64,000 bases of DNA from Epithemia pelagica. Its lineage: Eukaryota; Protista; Bacillariophyta. Under the pieces are notes generated by a model, which was not told the DNA's origin, searched no databases, and saw only the letters and a list, made by a program, of their open reading frames with translations. The position numbers and the translations under genes are program-made. Shown here one piece after another: positions 60,425 through 64,000 of this stretch; within the stretch, counting starts at the first letter, position 1, and each line of letters begins with the position of its first letter. Where the stretch lies: the NCBI GenBank assembly GCA_946965045.2, contig OX337234.1:372001-436000 (forward strand), in the 5' to 3' direction.

Positions 60425-61208
60425 GATGCTCCTCTTTTTCCCTCTCCCACAATTATGGAATGCAGCAATACGTCACTCGGGTCCGTCTCTCTCTCTCTCT
60501 CGCTTGTTTCCAGCCGAGGGAGAGTTTCTCGAATGGGTTGCGAACGCAGGCGGGTGCAACTGTCTTTCTATATATGTGAGAGAAAAAGGACCGGAATGGC
60601 AGACACTCTCGACACGACAAGAGTTCCAAACACAACTCTCTGCCTCTGTCGTGTGCTGGTGAATGTGCCTCTTCTTCTTCTTTTCTTGTGGTCTCTTGTT
60701 GTTGGATGATAGTCTCAAACTCCAAACGGCTCGATTCTCGTGGTTCCAATGATGATTCCACAAAGATTCCTGGTGTGCGGCGCGTCCAGATCTCATCGCC
60801 ATCGCCATGGTCGCATGTGTGGGCACGAGACGGCACGCGTCGAATCTCGAGCGGTTGAATTCCAGTAAAATCTGATGTTGATTTTGAATCAAATAGAGAA
60901 AGAAACGCCTGGGTAGTACAGAGTCCGGAGCCGACCTGCATGCAGAGCCTGCCATCCCTGCGGGACAGCCCGCCACGCCACCAAAGAGGCGCGACGATAG
61001 TGCACCCGGTGCACTGGAACACACATGTGCTATTGTCGCCCAGAAGGAAGATTTCCACGATACTCCCTATCTACCGTAGATACGGCCTCTTTTGAGAATG
61101 GCTGAATAGTCGGGTATCGAAAGCTCTAGGTAGTCGAGAAAAACGGTCCACGGCGCCAGATCTGCTTCCACCCATGTATATCGTCTCACACAGTTCAATT
61201 TTTTTTGT

Positions 61209-62889
61209 ATGCAACGAGCAAAGGTCGTAGAACTCATCATGTCGAGCGACGAGCAAGGAAACATGCCTGAGCAAAGTGTTTGGGTCAAGGTCATCCAAAA
61301 GACGGGTGAAGACAATTACGTGGACCTCGGAGATCCGTTTCAGATAGTGCCGCGTCCGGCGAACGTGAGTCACTTGCGCGAGAAAGTCAAGGAAAAGGCG
61401 GCAAACAACCTTGCGCATGTTGACGCTAATGAACTCCTTGTCTACCGTCTCAACAACGAAGTCAGACTGCCGGACGACAATCATGCAATCTTTTCCATGA
61501 ATGGCAACTGCACGAAGCTTAATTCAATGACCCGAATGGAATCATTGCAACTACGAGAGGACGAGAATTTGATTGTCGTTGCTCCGAAACCACAACAGCA
61601 GCAGCAGCAGCAGGTAAGTTTTGTTCATGCTTGATGAACTGAACTGAACTGAATTTGATTTCTTTTAAATGGTCGATTCTGTTGATGCATGTTTACTCAA
61701 ACTGTATATATGTTTGTCTTTTACTCATTTTGAAAATCATCAAATCTTGGAACCTTTGTGCGCTTATCGTCCGCAGTATGCTCGACCACCTCTACATCCG
61801 AACTCAGTCGAACCCACCAAGAACCACGACACACACAACATCATGAGTGGGACCACCAATGATGAAATGAATGAACAACAAAAACAACAGGCGAATGATT
61901 CGGAGGATATGAAACGGAAAATTGAAAACATAGAGAAAATGATGATCGAGTCAAAAACGGATGACAGAAACATGTCGAAGGCGAACACTGAATTTGCAAC
62001 CGATCTGTTGACCGGGCTGTCGATCTCCTGGCGTAACGCCGTCGCCAACATGAATGTCGGAGTCGGATCTGTTGTAGGAAATTTTGAATGGGAGCAAGCA
62101 CTTTTGACGGGAGGAACAGGAAAACTTTCGGAAAATGATGGGACCCCATTGGCACTGAAATGGCTCTTTGGTAAGTTGGATCAAGCGCTTGCTGTGGACG
62201 GCAAGAAGCTAGGCATAAGAGACGTGAAAGGAAAGAAATTAGCACCTATCAAGGCCGATCGAAAGGTGGCAAACGGCAAGTCTGACGGATGTGTTACGGA
62301 GGAATCAATGCTCGTACTTTGTGAGCGGTCTCAGGAATCGTTCTACACATACGGTATGGCACTGGTCGAGATGAAGACCGACAGGACGCCGATGAATAAG
62401 GCCCAAATGTTACTCCAGCTTGCTGCTTTCTCGAGGGAAAGTGTATGGGGGCAATCAACAATTCTGCTGGGTACGGATGGGAACAAGAAATGGTACTTGG
62501 TACAATTTGAGGCCCTCAACAGCATGTTGATAACCCAGTACTATGATGGGCGGGAGTGTTTGAATGAATTTGAATCTCTCCTGAAGTCTTTGAAAACCAG
62601 GGAGGCAAAACTGCGAGGTAGCAAGCGCGCTAAACTTGCTCCAGTATTGGAAGAACAGTTTCAATCAGAACATCATCTTCCTGGGGCTTCTACCCCGGGC
62701 ACAGCTTCTCTAGCATGGACCGATGGAGCGGGAGAAGGCCAGGATGCTGTGGACAAGGCAATAGAGAACGAGGCTCTGTTACATCGACTTGCTAACGCAC
62801 TTGCGGAGTCACCTTTGAGTGACGGAGTCCGCCCATCTCTTCCGGAATGGTCTCTTGCTAAAAATGTGGTTCCTTCATACTATACGTAG
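61209..62889 (+). CDS. Intact CRN-like effector: Ubl header exon 61209-61613 + exon 61777-62889 encoding a PD-(D/E)xK REase (505 aa spliced)
   Basis: The GTAAGT...ccgcag intron is phase 0. The C-terminus has FEW...SENDG..., DVKG, GKSDGCV, MALVEMKT, AQMLLQLAA and ILLGTDGNKKWYLV, matching the D...ExK...Q...TD..W pattern of CRN C-terminal nucleases. Confidence 0.8.
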
Positions 62890-63429
62890 AGGGGAAGGAT
62901 TGAAACCATTCTAAGAAAGCTTTTCCCCTAGCTCACACATGCTAACCCCAAAATACAAATGTCACCGCTCAAGATTTTCTGCAATTCTGAAGATCCACAG
63001 CGACTACCTCTGTTTAGAATTAAGGTGTTGTGGAATCGAAATACTGCGCTACCAGCCACCTTAATCCAACTATTAGTCGTATGTACGTCGTCCGCAAACT
63101 GTCCCCCCAATGGAGATTTTTTTCTCGATTCATATCCTATTTTCCATAAAAAATCAGAAAGGACACGCCGGCATTTCCTTGTCACATTTCAAATCAGTTT
63201 GAGCGACCCAGCGTGCATGACGGTTGCCGTTGGTTTTATGAGCTGTCGCTCGCGAGCGTCTGGAATTTGAATCGTGTTGATCAGAGGACGCCCGCCAACC
63301 TTCAACTGTCACTTGCACGCCGGCCATTCTACATGACGATTTGCTTTTGGGACATTTTATGGGGGAGAAGGACAGAGTTCTGTGCGGACGACGTACGTAC
63401 GGTTTATAGGTGGTCATGGCAGTGCGGAC

Positions 63430-64000
63430 CAGGGTTGTGAAGTAAAAAGTAACAAAGTCCCAAGTATGTAGAGAATTTTACTTTACTTTTGTGTTTTTTC
63501 GTCATTCCCATTCAATTCCATTCCGACCTCTTACACGACTTCTTATTCCCAAGTAAATCCCCTATATTTGATTATAGTTACTTTCATCCGTTAAGTCAAG
63601 TCTCCTTCCCTATTTGTGTTACTTTAATTCTCGAAGTAATTCTCTCTCCACTGGACCAATGAATTACAATTCCCCTACCTTCAGGCCCAAAGTACTCTAC
63701 AGAAGTCATAATTCTAAGTCTGCGACCCACAGTACGAAAGTCATTTGTTAATGTGTCGTATCAAAAGCAAACACCAAATGACTGTTTGACCCAACAACCA
63801 ACAACCAACAACCAACAACCAACCACTAACAACTTGAGGTGCAAAGATACAAGTACATCCCACACACACAGGCAATACACAATACGTAAACGAACGCTCA
63901 AGACAACAACATGGCTCCTCCTACGAAGAAGAAAGCATCGAGACGTTCGTCACAAGACAATAGCGAGGAAGCTCTTGATCCAGCCTCCTCCGCCAGGCTG
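63430..64000 (+). mobile_element. 5' end of a putative hAT-family DNA transposon (runs off the window)
   Basis: INO1 homology stops abruptly and CAGGGTTGTGAAGTAAAAAGTAAC begins. Many AAGTA/TACTT subterminal motifs follow, reminiscent of Tol2-type ends. The other TIR and the TSD are outside the window. Confidence 0.55.
63911..64000 (+). CDS. Start of an ORF inside the putative hAT element (partial)
   Basis: ATG GCT CCT CCT ACG AAG AAG AAA (MAPPTKKKASRRSS...) follows an acaacaac leader and is open to the edge. It has an NLS-like basic patch. Confidence 0.4.
   Translation, partial: MAPPTKKKASRRSSQDNSEEALDPASSARL

Larger units (their letters stand above)
41268..63429. repeat. Tandem segmental array: unit 1 41268-52729, unit 2 52730-63415, start of a third unit 63416-63429
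   Basis: atggcagtgcggac recurs at 41268, 52730 and 63416. The gene order INO1-GRK-TPRn-CRN is repeated, and unit 2 lacks ~770 bp (about 51777-52548 of unit 1). Confidence 0.9.

Noticed and set aside
1-64000. tRNA/rRNA genes and prokaryotic or viral origin of the nuclease genes
   Set aside because: No tRNA or rRNA signatures were seen. The CRN genes have spliceosomal introns and host-like composition, so recent horizontal transfer or contamination is not supported.

Overview
Eukaryotic genomic DNA with short GT-AG introns and Q/T-rich low-complexity coding tracts. The gene content (expanded TPR, 7TM, SET and CRN-like families, Harbinger transposon) suggests a stramenopile, most likely a pennate diatom; this is inference. 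The window is a heavily rearranged, transposon-rich region. From left to right: two tandem Kelch genes (second with a premature stop) around a LINE RNase H relic; two divergent GT43-like genes; a 7TM receptor cut off after TM5 by a 1.1-kb dispersed repeat; a Crinkler(CRN)-like NTPase+REase gene; an apparently intact 3.46-kb PIF/Harbinger element; a frameshifted SET-domain gene; an unclassified repeat-rich segment with a peptidase/Zn-finger-like ORF; a 2491-aa predicted myristoylated HET-like/TPR protein head-to-head with a CRN ubiquitin-like header exon; a Mutator-like MITE upstream of INO1; then a tandem array of an ~11-kb unit [INO1, GRK, truncated TPR N-terminus, CRN header + REase], ending in a hAT-like insertion. 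The most striking signal is a modular CRN-like system caught mid-shuffle. One header exon+intron precedes either an NTPase-REase or an unrelated REase C-terminus, and the same NTPase-REase also occurs with a different header. The REase module sits inside the first codons of a duplicated INO1 gene and carries its 5'UTR and start codon. All domain calls come from motif recognition by eye, and no database search was run. Homopolymer errors and haplotype mis-assembly cannot be excluded.
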